Source of the DNA: a virus
Lineage: Duplodnaviria > Caudoviricetes
IMG/VR virus record: IMGVR_UViG_3300042334_000305
Coordinates: 1,175 to 65,174 of that record
Strand: one strand, 5' to 3'
DNA length: 64,000 nt
Under the pieces are notes generated by a model. That model was not told where the DNA came from and made no database searches. It saw only the letters and a program-made list of their open reading frames with translations. Shown here piece by piece: positions 38,822-47,081 of the stretch. Every line of letters starts with the position of its first letter. Positions within the stretch are counted from its first letter, which is position 1. The translations under genes and the position numbers were made by a program.

Positions 38822-38929
38822 AAAAAACCCTAGCCACTTCTCACTCTTGACTAGGGTCTATCTATATTAATTGTAATATAAACAACTTAAGTAAACTAAT
38901 CGAAGAGTGAGTTCGACTTTGCAAATATA
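38822..38929 (-). promoter_or_regulatory. Promoter plus attenuator-like leader (second copy of the architecture)
   Basis: TATATTTG 38929-38922, CTCACTCTT 38911-38903, 10-bp terminator stem plus T6 whose loop holds AAGAGTGAG (38848-38840). Confidence 0.6.
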
Positions 38930-38944
38930 TAAATTATTTTTTAA

Positions 38945-39337
38945 TTAATTCATCCAAGTGTAATAATTTTCTTCTATCTCCTCAGACATTAGTGTTAAGA
39001 AGGTAGGATCATAGTCAAACTTTAAGTTTATATCCATACCTGCTATGTTAAACATCATGATCTGATTCTTAGTGAAGAAGGTAGCACCAGGAAAGAACTC
39101 TATCCTAACTTTATTAATCTTTGGTAAGGGTAATCCCTCAATGACATGACTGAATACATCAGCCCAAAACTCATAGCCTTCTTTAGAATTGGACCAGTCG
39201 AATAATGACATAAGCTCTACCTCTATATCTTCTGCCTCCTCAAATAAATCTGATGGCTTGTCTACGTTTCTAACGATAGCTTGAACATAAGCTCCTGGTA
39301 GTTTATTCTTTAGAAGGTCTATTACTTTCATATCCAT
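38945..39337 (-). CDS. Hypothetical protein, 130 aa
   Basis: LFDWSNSKEGYEFW motif, clean ORF. Confidence 0.6.
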   Translation of the reverse strand: MDMKVIDLLKNKLPGAYVQAIVRNVDKPSDLFEEAEDIEVELMSLFDWSNSKEGYEFWADVFSHVIEGLPLPKINKVRIEFFPGATFFTKNQIMMFNIAGMDINLKFDYDPTFLTLMSEEIEENYYTWMN

Positions 39338-39626
39338 ATTTTATTGTACTAAGTTAAGAAATTAAATAATAATTGTGTGATTAAAAAACCATATAATGCT
39401 ACTAAGAAGCTGCCTATAAAAGCTATAAACACTATACAGTATATCAGGTTAATTATTGAGTAAAACATTATTGATGCTCTTGTTATTCTATCTTGCATAT
39501 CATTTAAAGAATAAGATTACTGAATCCACAATAGAATAAAACATCATAAAAAATATTGAACCTGCGTATATTATATTGAATAACCAGGACACAAATATTA
39601 CAAACCATATTCCTCTTTCTATCATA

Positions 39627-39782
39627 TTATCTTGCTAATGGTAATAGCATAACGTAAAGTAAATCTTTACCTGTATGCTTGTTGTTAAACTTCTGTAATG
39701 CTCCTAGATAAGAGCTTGATTTAATGTTGATGCCAGTGCATAGATCCTCGCCTACCACATAGCAAAAGTGATACGTGTTCAT
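39627..39782 (-). CDS. 51-aa hypothetical protein (not in ORF track)
   Basis: MNTYHFCYVVGEDLCTGINIK.. fills the gap. Confidence 0.45.
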   Translation of the reverse strand: MNTYHFCYVVGEDLCTGINIKSSSYLGALQKFNNKHTGKDLLYVMLLPLAR

Positions 39783-39783
39783 G

Positions 39784-40128
39784 TTATTCATAATTATTAA
39801 ATAAATCTTTTATATCTTCTATTGTTCTCATGCCAAAATCATCTGAGCATTCGTTAACCCTATCTTCTATTATCTCTGTAAGGTATTCGTGATACTCCTC
39901 TGATTCTATATACCATTCTCTACCATCTAGGTTATCATAGGCACATATATCCTCAAAGTCTACATCTACTACTATTCTTTCCTGATAGTCATCATAGTTC
40001 CTTACCTTCCAAGTAAAGTCTAGCTTGAAGAAGAAGTCTCCTAGTTCGTATTCTATATACCCTGTACCATCTCTTGATACTGATAGGTATCTGCTATTCC
40101 ATAGCATTCTAATATTTTCTTTATTCAT
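39784..40128 (-). CDS. Acidic early protein, 114 aa
   Basis: D/E-rich ORF. Confidence 0.55.
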   Translation of the reverse strand: MNKENIRMLWNSRYLSVSRDGTGYIEYELGDFFFKLDFTWKVRNYDDYQERIVVDVDFEDICAYDNLDGREWYIESEEYHEYLTEIIEDRVNECSDDFGMRTIEDIKDLFNNYE

Positions 40129-40208
40129 CTTCTAAATGTTTTTCAATTAAGTAAAAGGCGATAACAAGTACTGCTACCGCCCATGTTATCATAGCTAACT
40201 CTTTCATG

Positions 40209-40364
40209 TTACATCATTTCATTCTCGTGGCAATAGTAATCAAGGATAGCAGCTACTCTATCTAGTAACTCTTCTTCTGATTCTTTAGCCATGTCAATTA
40301 CATCAGCCATTACTAATTCATCTCCAGCATAGGAAATGATTAGGTTAATCAATCTTTCTCTCAT
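40209..40364 (-). CDS. 51-aa acidic protein (not in ORF track)
   Basis: MRERLINLIISYAGDELVMADVIDMAKESEEELLDRV.. Confidence 0.5.
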   Translation of the reverse strand: MRERLINLIISYAGDELVMADVIDMAKESEEELLDRVAAILDYYCHENEMM

Positions 40365-40573
40365 TTGTTATGGTATTTAATCATTAATAATTCATCCTCC
40401 ATGTTTGAGTGTATTCTTTCATAAACACTGTCTCTGTCTATTGACTTATCTAATACATCTAATTTCTCTGCATCTGTTAGTGTGTCGTCATCAACATCAT
40501 CAATATGCCAAAGATTCTTTACATAATATCCAGCATCTTCCAATACTTGAATTGCTTTTTCTATTTCATTCAT
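40361..40573 (-). CDS. Acidic early protein, 70 aa
   Basis: D/E-rich ORF. Confidence 0.55.
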   Translation of the reverse strand: MNEIEKAIQVLEDAGYYVKNLWHIDDVDDDTLTDAEKLDVLDKSIDRDSVYERIHSNMEDELLMIKYHNK

Positions 40574-40588
40574 AATTTTTAATTTTAA

Positions 40589-40813
40589 TTAAACGTGTTC
40601 CCATCCTTCTAACTCTTGTAACTCTACTCCAATAGGTCTTAGTCCATAAGGCTCAGCATCTAGGTAGTAATCAAATGTATATCCTATTGCTTCTAGCTCA
40701 TTTGTTAACCTATTTAACTCTTCGTAAGTATTAGGTGTATCTTCATTGAATGTCTCAAGTATAGCCTGTACATCTTGAGGTATTAATTCTGGTGTCTCAA
40801 ATAAATCTCTCAT
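40589..40813 (-). CDS. Acidic early protein, 74 aa
   Basis: DLFETPELIP..LEAIGYTFDYYLDAEPYGLR. Confidence 0.6.
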   Translation of the reverse strand: MRDLFETPELIPQDVQAILETFNEDTPNTYEELNRLTNELEAIGYTFDYYLDAEPYGLRPIGVELQELEGWEHV

Positions 40814-40823
40814 AACTTTTAAT

Positions 40824-40976
40824 TTAATATTCTAACTCTAGTAACTTAATAGCATCTAATAGCTCTATTATCTCTTTTCTACGAGACTTTGATAGGTTCT
40901 TCAATAGATTATCTACCTTGTGTTGTTTACGTTGTTCTATGAGGCTAATAATAGCATCAAATAATTTCTCATTCAT
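40824..40976 (-). CDS. 50-aa helical protein (not in ORF track)
   Basis: MNEKLFDAIISLIEQRKQHK.. fills the gap. Confidence 0.45.
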   Translation of the reverse strand: MNEKLFDAIISLIEQRKQHKVDNLLKNLSKSRRKEIIELLDAIKLLELEY

Positions 40977-41179
40977 AATCTATATTTTTTAATTTCTGTT
41001 AAGTAATAGTCGTACCAATCATTAAATCTATCTTGTATCTCTTCTTTATATGTCTGTACTCCATCTACTGGATCGTCAAACATATCATCTTCATTGTTAC
41101 AAATGTCTCCTGATTCGTACAAAGTTCTTGAATGAGCTAACTCACTAGCTAACTCAATTACATTTATTTTTATTTCCAT
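40973..41179 (-). CDS. Acidic early protein, 68 aa
   Basis: D/E-rich ORF. Confidence 0.55.
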   Translation of the reverse strand: MEIKINVIELASELAHSRTLYESGDICNNEDDMFDDPVDGVQTYKEEIQDRFNDWYDYYLTEIKKYRL

Positions 41180-41290
41180 AATTTTATATTGTTGATAGCG
41201 AACATTTTAAATATGCTTACCTAAACTAATACGTTAGATAAGATGTAACCCACAATACATATTACTGTGGGTGCTAACATGATTATTATA

Positions 41291-41662
41291 TTATTCTTCA
41301 TCTTCTTCATCTAAGCTATTAAAGAACTCTGTTATCATATTTTCGTATTCCATAAACTCTTCTCTACATTCTTTAGATGCAAGTAAAGAAGCTAACACCT
41401 CACTTGTAATATTACTTGGGGTGTAACCGTACTCCTCTGCTATCTCTAATGATTCTCGTAGTGATGGGTCTCGTTCCATCAGATACTCCATTGCGGTAGT
41501 GTAGTATATTACCTCTACCTCGAAGCCTCTGTCATTTTCTATTGCTTCATAGACATCATCGAATGAATTAACTTCTTCTGCATCAATATGATACATAATA
41601 TCAATGTGATTCATTTTAATTTCTTCTCTAAAGAATTTCTCAATTTTTTCTGATCGTTTCAT
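41291..41662 (-). CDS. Ocr-like acidic protein (candidate DNA mimic), 123 aa
   Basis: About 35 D/E vs 11 K/R. DDVYEAI..VIYY..AMEYL and an acidic tail resemble T7 gp0.3. Confidence 0.5.
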   Translation of the reverse strand: MKRSEKIEKFFREEIKMNHIDIMYHIDAEEVNSFDDVYEAIENDRGFEVEVIYYTTAMEYLMERDPSLRESLEIAEEYGYTPSNITSEVLASLLASKECREEFMEYENMITEFFNSLDEEDEE

Positions 41663-41680
41663 ATTACTTTGTTTTATTAA

Positions 41681-42301
41681 TTAATACATATCTCCATCCT
41701 CTGTAAAGTCGTAGTCATTGTATCTCAATGCTTCTGCTATCTGTTCATCTGATGTGAAATAGTCATATTCTTTTTCTAATGTTCTATATAATTCGCTGCA
41801 TATATATTCGTATTCTTCTATGATGAATGCTTCAAAGTCATCTGCAAATGATTCTAACCATTTATAAAAGTTAGTGGTCCAATGTAAGTCACCATTATCT
41901 ACCTCCCAATAGATTGAATGACTACAACACCCTTCATGATTGTAATGACCTCTATGTATTCCTTTAGCACTAACAGATACATTATTTAATATCCATTGTT
42001 TACGCATAGGAGATAGAGGTTCTGTACCTATTAACATTGTATCTAAGAACTTATTTAACAGATCATCTTTAATACCATCGTATTCAAACATCGCTCCATC
42101 TCCTTGACTCCAAAAGCCTGAATAGTATATTCTTGTCGCATCGAATCCTTTACTAGGTATCTCTTCATTAATCCAGTCCTCAATTATAAACTCGTGCCAG
42201 TCATGATGTACGTTGATGTCTCTATTCTTACTTAGTACTTTATCTTGTACCTCTTTACTAAGTTCATCGAACTTGTATAGCTTTACTTCTACTGTTTTCA
42301 T
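41681..42301 (-). CDS. Acidic early protein, 206 aa
   Basis: VKLYKFDELS..YYSGFWSQGDGA..EYDYFTSDE..NDYDFTEDG, a pattern recalled from phage/ICE early proteins. Confidence 0.6.
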   Translation of the reverse strand: MKTVEVKLYKFDELSKEVQDKVLSKNRDINVHHDWHEFIIEDWINEEIPSKGFDATRIYYSGFWSQGDGAMFEYDGIKDDLLNKFLDTMLIGTEPLSPMRKQWILNNVSVSAKGIHRGHYNHEGCCSHSIYWEVDNGDLHWTTNFYKWLESFADDFEAFIIEEYEYICSELYRTLEKEYDYFTSDEQIAEALRYNDYDFTEDGDMY

Positions 42302-42420
42302 CTTCTAATGTGTTTAGTTGTTGATTTTACCTTACCTCTACCATACGCTTCGCATGATTTACTTGTTTTGCATGATGCTAACACTACGATTGACACCATG
42401 AATACTACTAACTTTTTCAT
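42298..42420 (-). CDS. 40-aa lipoprotein (not in ORF track)
   Basis: MKKLVVFMVSIVVLASC-KTSKSCEAYG: basic N-terminus, hydrophobic core, lipobox LASC. Confidence 0.65.
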   Translation of the reverse strand: MKKLVVFMVSIVVLASCKTSKSCEAYGRGKVKSTTKHIRR

Positions 42421-42431
42421 ATTACTTTGTT

Positions 42432-43262
42432 TTATTTGTTTATTAATTTACCTACTTTGTGTACTGATTCCATGTTGATATTATGACAACCTATCTTTAG
42501 TGTACCATTGATGGAGTTAACTGTATAGTTACTGATTCTATGACCACGAATATCTACACCATTACATATTGCTTTGTATAGTGTTCTCGCTTCGTCTACT
42601 GATACTTTGACGTATTGTGATGTCTCTACACATTCACCATCCCTAGATAGTCTAAGATAGTCTGTTTCACCTATTCTGAATGAGTTAACTTCGTAGTTAT
42701 AGAACTTAGTTAACGTTTCTTTGATTTGTTTTTGTTCCTTGCGTTTCTTTGCTAGTTCTTGTTTCTTCTTTGCTGCTGATAATTTCTGCTGATACTGAAC
42801 AGAATCAACATTTAAAGCCTTGACAATAGCCTTGATCTCTTTGTACCTAACATCTTTAGGTATATTCTTATTCTTAGTGTATTGGATGAACTCATTAAGC
42901 GAAGCCCATAGAGATAGTATTTCATTGATATAGTTCTCTGGCTTCCTTGCGGTCGCTAACTTATCTTTTAGGCTTAGTACTTGATTATATACTAGACCTA
43001 TCTCGCAACGTCTTGTAAAGAACTGTTTGTATTGTCGTGTGCCTGACCCAACATAAGATATATGTTTATTAGTAGTGCTACTATAACCTGAATTATTGAT
43101 AACGATTGTTTTGTCGTCTATAAACTCAGCTAATAAGTAATGATAACCATAGGAGTATATCTTATCTCCATAAAAGAATACATTGCCTGACCTACCTTGA
43201 GGAGTTTCTCTTTGTGCGAATGCATGTACGCAATCTTGTGCGTTACTAAATACTGTTTTCAT
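42432..43262 (-). CDS. Conserved early protein, 276 aa
   Basis: IYSYGYHY..YSSTTNKH motif, coiled coil, C-terminal LKIGCH domain. Confidence 0.65.
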   Translation of the reverse strand: MKTVFSNAQDCVHAFAQRETPQGRSGNVFFYGDKIYSYGYHYLLAEFIDDKTIVINNSGYSSTTNKHISYVGSGTRQYKQFFTRRCEIGLVYNQVLSLKDKLATARKPENYINEILSLWASLNEFIQYTKNKNIPKDVRYKEIKAIVKALNVDSVQYQQKLSAAKKKQELAKKRKEQKQIKETLTKFYNYEVNSFRIGETDYLRLSRDGECVETSQYVKVSVDEARTLYKAICNGVDIRGHRISNYTVNSINGTLKIGCHNINMESVHKVGKLINK

Positions 43263-43287
43263 GTTTACTTTGTTTTATTTATTATTA

Positions 43288-43371
43288 TTACTTTACACTT
43301 AACATAGTGATACAATACACTACTACTGCAACATACGAGGCTGCAATAAATCCTAATCCTAACTTTTTCAT
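43288..43371 (-). CDS. 27-aa TM peptide
   Basis: Preceded by the shared AAAACAAAGTAA leader. MKKLGLGFIAASYVAVVVYCITMLSVK. Confidence 0.45.
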   Translation of the reverse strand: MKKLGLGFIAASYVAVVVYCITMLSVK

Positions 43372-43392
43372 CTTACTTTGTTTTATTTATTA

Positions 43393-43659
43393 TTAAATTA
43401 ATTCTATTAAAAAGGGGTTGACTGATTCTGATTCACTGAATAGTCTAAGGAACTCGTCTTTATCGCAGAATACTCCTCCCATATCCTCACTAAATTGTTG
43501 TCCTTCTTCGATGCAATCGGATGGTATCGCATCAAGATAGGCGTAACCGTAACTATTTGCCCACAAACAAACGTAATCTGTTTTTGTGTTCATTGCATCA
43601 TTGATTTGTTTTTCTGTTAGCATATCTAATACGCTAGTCAAATTGTCTCTTGTTATCAT
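43393..43659 (-). CDS. Acidic early protein, 88 aa
   Basis: Clean ORF with A-rich leader. Confidence 0.55.
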   Translation of the reverse strand: MITRDNLTSVLDMLTEKQINDAMNTKTDYVCLWANSYGYAYLDAIPSDCIEEGQQFSEDMGGVFCDKDEFLRLFSESESVNPFLIELI

Positions 43660-43663
43660 TACT

Positions 43664-43810
43664 TTACTTTATTACTTTATATTTATTTCTGTTACTTTCC
43701 ACGCTATTGAATGCGGTATAAACCTTATCTATTGCATGGTATTTTGAGTGACAATAAACGGAAAATATCCGATTGCCTACCTTAACTTTGTATACTTGTT
43801 TACTTTCCAT
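43664..43810 (-). CDS. 48-aa basic protein (not in ORF track)
   Basis: MESKQVYKVKVGNRIFSVYCHSKYHAIDKVY.., overlapping the end of the upstream ORF. Confidence 0.45.
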   Translation of the reverse strand: MESKQVYKVKVGNRIFSVYCHSKYHAIDKVYTAFNSVESNRNKYKVIK

Positions 43811-43991
43811 TATTCATCTCTTTTATTATCCAATCAGCAAAATAAAATGCTAATACTAGGATTTCACTAAATAGAATTAGTAACCATATTACGAGGTTAC
43901 CTTGCCATAATTCCCAACTGTTATAAGTTAGGATAATTGCTAGACACAGTAAACCTACTACGCCTAGAGAAAACAATTGTTGTTTATTCAT
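43800..43991 (-). CDS. Two-TM early membrane protein, 63 aa
   Basis: Two hydrophobic helices. Confidence 0.55.
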   Translation of the reverse strand: MNKQQLFSLGVVGLLCLAIILTYNSWELWQGNLVIWLLILFSEILVLAFYFADWIIKEMNNGK

Positions 43992-43999
43992 ATTACTTT

Positions 44000-44290
44000 A
44001 TTTGAAATTTATAAAACGCTTACCTACAATACGCATGATAGTGAACCATGCTAAAAAAGATCTATTTGCGGCTGTGTGCTAACTCAATAACACACAGTCT
44101 TATAATTGATAGCCACGTTAAACCGCTATCCCTCTGTTAATCCGTAACTAATCTTTACCCTTTATTAGTTCGTGTTGACACAACCCACCTGAGTAGTGTA
44201 GTATGTGCCGCAGCTTTGGATAGTCCTTATACTTCATCCACTGCCCTAGGTATGACTTACCCCGTTAATGTTTATAGTCTTATCAATATG
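44000..44290 (-). ncRNA. Candidate structured RNA in the early transcript
   Basis: ORF-free, GC-enriched, at least four hairpins (44033-44051, 44072-44097, 44108-44130, 44218-44239). Confidence 0.4.
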
Positions 44291-44465
44291 TCAAAGAAAA
44301 GATTTTAAAGGGACTTATTTCGCCCTCCTTTATTCGTTAATTTATCTAGTTAGGAACTAATAACAAACTAACTTGTAAAGGTTTTAAATTTACCTAGTAT
44401 GCAGGGCAGGAACTAGATAAAAGTTTATTTTAATACTAGTACATTCGTTTAATGTACTTTTTTAG

Positions 44466-44497
44466 ACCTGCGTAATTAATCCAATAACTACGCAGGT
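44466..44497. terminator. Hairpin ACCTGCGTA/TACGCAGGT after the first early gene
   Basis: 9-bp inverted repeat downstream of the stop at 44510. No clean U-tract on the - strand. Confidence 0.4.
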
Positions 44498-44509
44498 TAT
44501 AAAACTTTT

Positions 44510-45130
44510 TTAATGCTCGAAAGTAAAAATTTCCCTTTCTTGAATGTTTGAATTTACGTACTTTGTTAGCATTAATTCGCGTTTTTCATTGAATAATTTT
44601 TGCCCTACGTAATAAGGTACAAATTTACCTTTACTAGTTTGTATTGATTTTATCGACTCAATGAATTTATACAATTTACTGTCCTTTCTTGCAAGTTCAA
44701 TTATCTCATAAATTGCGGTCATTTTAATACGGTCGAACTCTGTAAATTTATCTGATAAAGGTCGATTAATTAAATTAATACCTTTACAATCAATAAACAA
44801 TTTCAATGCGTAGCCTAGTTTATTACATTCTTCTTTCATTAAACGATTTGTTTCTACTACGCAATTATTATAACTCGCCTTGTTTTTTACTTTGTTTTTT
44901 ACCGTTTCTAATTTGTTACGTTTCTTTGTTTCTTTCTTTGCTTCAGATAGTAAATTGATAGACTTACTTTCTAATTTTGTCTCATTTAATTTTTTGTACT
45001 TTTCAATTATTGAAAGAACATCATTGAAAGACTCACTTTCAACCATTTTAGAACTGTTTTTAGTTCTGTTGTTAGTTCTGTTGTTAACCACTTTGTTAAC
45101 CGTTTTTTCTGTTTTGATAACTGTTTTCAT
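44510..45130 (-). CDS. First gene of the leftward early operon, basic, 206 aa
   Basis: Follows promoter 45196-45203. K/N-rich. Confidence 0.65.
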   Translation of the reverse strand: MKTVIKTEKTVNKVVNNRTNNRTKNSSKMVESESFNDVLSIIEKYKKLNETKLESKSINLLSEAKKETKKRNKLETVKNKVKNKASYNNCVVETNRLMKEECNKLGYALKLFIDCKGINLINRPLSDKFTEFDRIKMTAIYEIIELARKDSKLYKFIESIKSIQTSKGKFVPYYVGQKLFNEKRELMLTKYVNSNIQEREIFTFEH

Positions 45131-45195
45131 TTTACTTTGTTTTTTAAATTATTACTTTGTTTTTCGCTCGAATCAACTAGACGCAATTCGATATA

Positions 45196-45203
45196 CAAAT
45201 ATA
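45196..45203 (-). promoter_or_regulatory. Early promoter TATATTTG with TTTG -33 element
   Basis: TTTG-N18-TATATTTG on the - strand, followed by leader hairpin TCGAAT/ATTCGA. Confidence 0.65.
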
Positions 45204-45440
45204 AGCATAATTAATTAATTACAAACAAAGTTTAATATATTTTTTTTAGTTAAACTATAATTTTTTTAGTTTGTAGTTTTTTTATTAGTTTTTTATTTCA
45301 TCCTGCATTATTTGTTAGGATGGATGGCAAATTATTTCAGTAGGTTTTTTTTATGATGATAACTACAATTTTTAGATAAACGTAAATGGTTTACGGTCAT
45401 GTATTAATGCAACAATATTGCAATAAAATAAATAGATATA

Positions 45441-45508
45441 GTACAAAGTACAATAAGTATTGAATGGGCCGCAAGATGATCTAGTAATGGTACAAAGTAC
45501 AATAAGTA
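45441..45508 (+). repeat. Two 19-nt direct repeats GTACAAAGTACAATAAGTA, 30 nt apart
   Basis: 45441-45459 and 45490-45508 are identical. Confidence 0.85.
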
Positions 45509-46103
45509 AAGATAGTTATCGAGCTGCAAAGGTGGATGTTCGATTTGCGCTTTTCCTTTTGAGAAGTGGAGGGGTAGGGTATGCGTGTATAAGACCTCTG
45601 TGGATACGTATCTTTTATTTTCAACCTCTGTAGATACAGATTCTTTTTTCGATCAACTATATGCTTAGGGATATAAATTAATTAATTCTGGCCGCTTTAT
45701 ATTACATTGCATATAATGTCCAGTTTTCTGTGTAATAAACTTGACTTATAAAATTCTCTGGGCCGCATGTATAAATGGTTTCAGCTTAGACACATGGTAT
45801 TAAAAGGGTGGAGGGGTACTAGTACTAGGGTGGGTACTATTTTATATACGGGCCGATTAGCTGAATGCTGATTGGCAAGTATCATTTGTTATGTTAGGAA
45901 TATACTATATAAGTAACTTTCTTTAAAGGCTTGTTATTGCTAGATTGTCTGTACCCACTAAGTCCTAACATTTTGTTGGTAGTTTGATGGAACAAAGTAG
46001 GGGTCTATTTAACATAATATCAGGAAAAAGGAGAAGCGGCTTATCAATCATTGTGCCATAGTTAATTATTCTTAAATAGTTTGGTAATTAAATTTATAGT
46101 TCT

Positions 46104-46111
46104 TAGCTTTG
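46104..46111 (+). promoter_or_regulatory. -7 promoter element TAGCTTTG of the rightward accessory block
   Basis: Consensus match before ATG 46127. Confidence 0.5.
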
Positions 46112-46126
46112 ATTAAAATTAGTAGT

Positions 46127-46330
46127 ATGAGTAAGCAAACAGCAGTAGAATGGTTAGGACATGAAATAAATAAAATATACACAGAAATTCCCGATCAATT
46201 ATTTTATGATGTAGCATTGTTATTACAACAAGCAAAAGAAATGGAGAAAGAGCAAATTAATAATGCACATTATGAAGGTAGTGAAAATTACAGGAGACAA
46301 TATTACAACGAAACCTTTAAATCAGAATAG
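46127..46330 (+). CDS. TAVEWL-family small protein
   Basis: MSKQTAVEWL..QAKEMEKEQI..QYYNETFKSE. Confidence 0.65.
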   Translation: MSKQTAVEWLGHEINKIYTEIPDQLFYDVALLLQQAKEMEKEQINNAHYEGSENYRRQYYNETFKSE

Positions 46331-46335
46331 AATGA
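46312..46335 (+). repeat. 24-nt boundary repeat, copy 4 (inverted relative to copies 1-3)
   Basis: Direct sequence identity. Confidence 0.9.
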
Positions 46336-46499
46336 AAGCAGAAATAGCAGATTGGTTTATAAAATTTTTATATAAAAACCATACTCATAGTTGGGATATA
46401 TTTAATGATTCATATAAGCTTATAGATAAAAAATTGCTTGTTCCAAAAAAATGTAAATATTGTCAAATTGTAGAATGGAGAACAATTTTAGAAAAATAA
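46332..46499 (+). CDS. 55-aa protein with CxxC
   Basis: Starts at the ATG within boundary repeat copy 4. Confidence 0.5.
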   Translation: MKAEIADWFIKFLYKNHTHSWDIFNDSYKLIDKKLLVPKKCKYCQIVEWRTILEK

Positions 46500-46501
46500 A
46501 T

Positions 46502-46849
46502 ATGGAAAGAATTACACCTAAAGAAAAAGCAAAAGAATTGTTTGATAAAATGTATCAGGTTTTTGTTGATGATGAAGATCAACATTTCGTTGATGTATCT
46601 AAAAGAATATCTAAAAAAATGTTATTTATTTTAGTTGATGAATTTCTTTATAAGCCAACTCCAAAACAAAAAACATATTGGCAACAAGTAAAAAAAGAAT
46701 TATTAAATTTTAAATCAGGGATATGTTGTCCAAATTGTAATGAATCTGAAAACATCCATGTCAACTATGATTATTCCAAAGAGAATAAACCTGTAGAATC
46801 TTATTTATGTAATGAATGTGGTACTTTTTTTACAAGTAAATTGAATTAA
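46502..46849 (+). CDS. KEKAKEL-family protein fused to a C-terminal Zn ribbon
   Basis: TPKEKAKELFDKM..YWQQVKKEL followed by CPNC..CNEC. Confidence 0.6.
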   Translation: MERITPKEKAKELFDKMYQVFVDDEDQHFVDVSKRISKKMLFILVDEFLYKPTPKQKTYWQQVKKELLNFKSGICCPNCNESENIHVNYDYSKENKPVESYLCNECGTFFTSKLN

Positions 46850-46851
46850 AT

Positions 46852-47043
46852 ATGGAAAGAATAATTGATTATAAGATGATAGCTTCTCTCAGTGATGATA
46901 TGAAGAAGTTAATAGTAGATGTAGCTATAGAGGCTTATCTTGATGGGTTAAGTGATGGTGTAAGTGTAGAGTCAGGAGTAGTTAGTGATAACAGTGCTAA
47001 GTTCATCAGTGAGATGACTAGTGAGATAGGATTTAAGCTATAG
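46852..47043 (+). CDS. Hypothetical protein, 63 aa
   Basis: ORF in the operon direction. Confidence 0.5.
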   Translation: MERIIDYKMIASLSDDMKKLIVDVAIEAYLDGLSDGVSVESGVVSDNSAKFISEMTSEIGFKL

Positions 47044-47081
47044 TGTTTACACTAGATAGTTTACTGTAAACAAGAAGGAAT

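Noticed and set aside
45441-45508. Mini CRISPR array
   Set aside because: Only two 19-nt copies, not palindromic, no third repeat and no cas genes.
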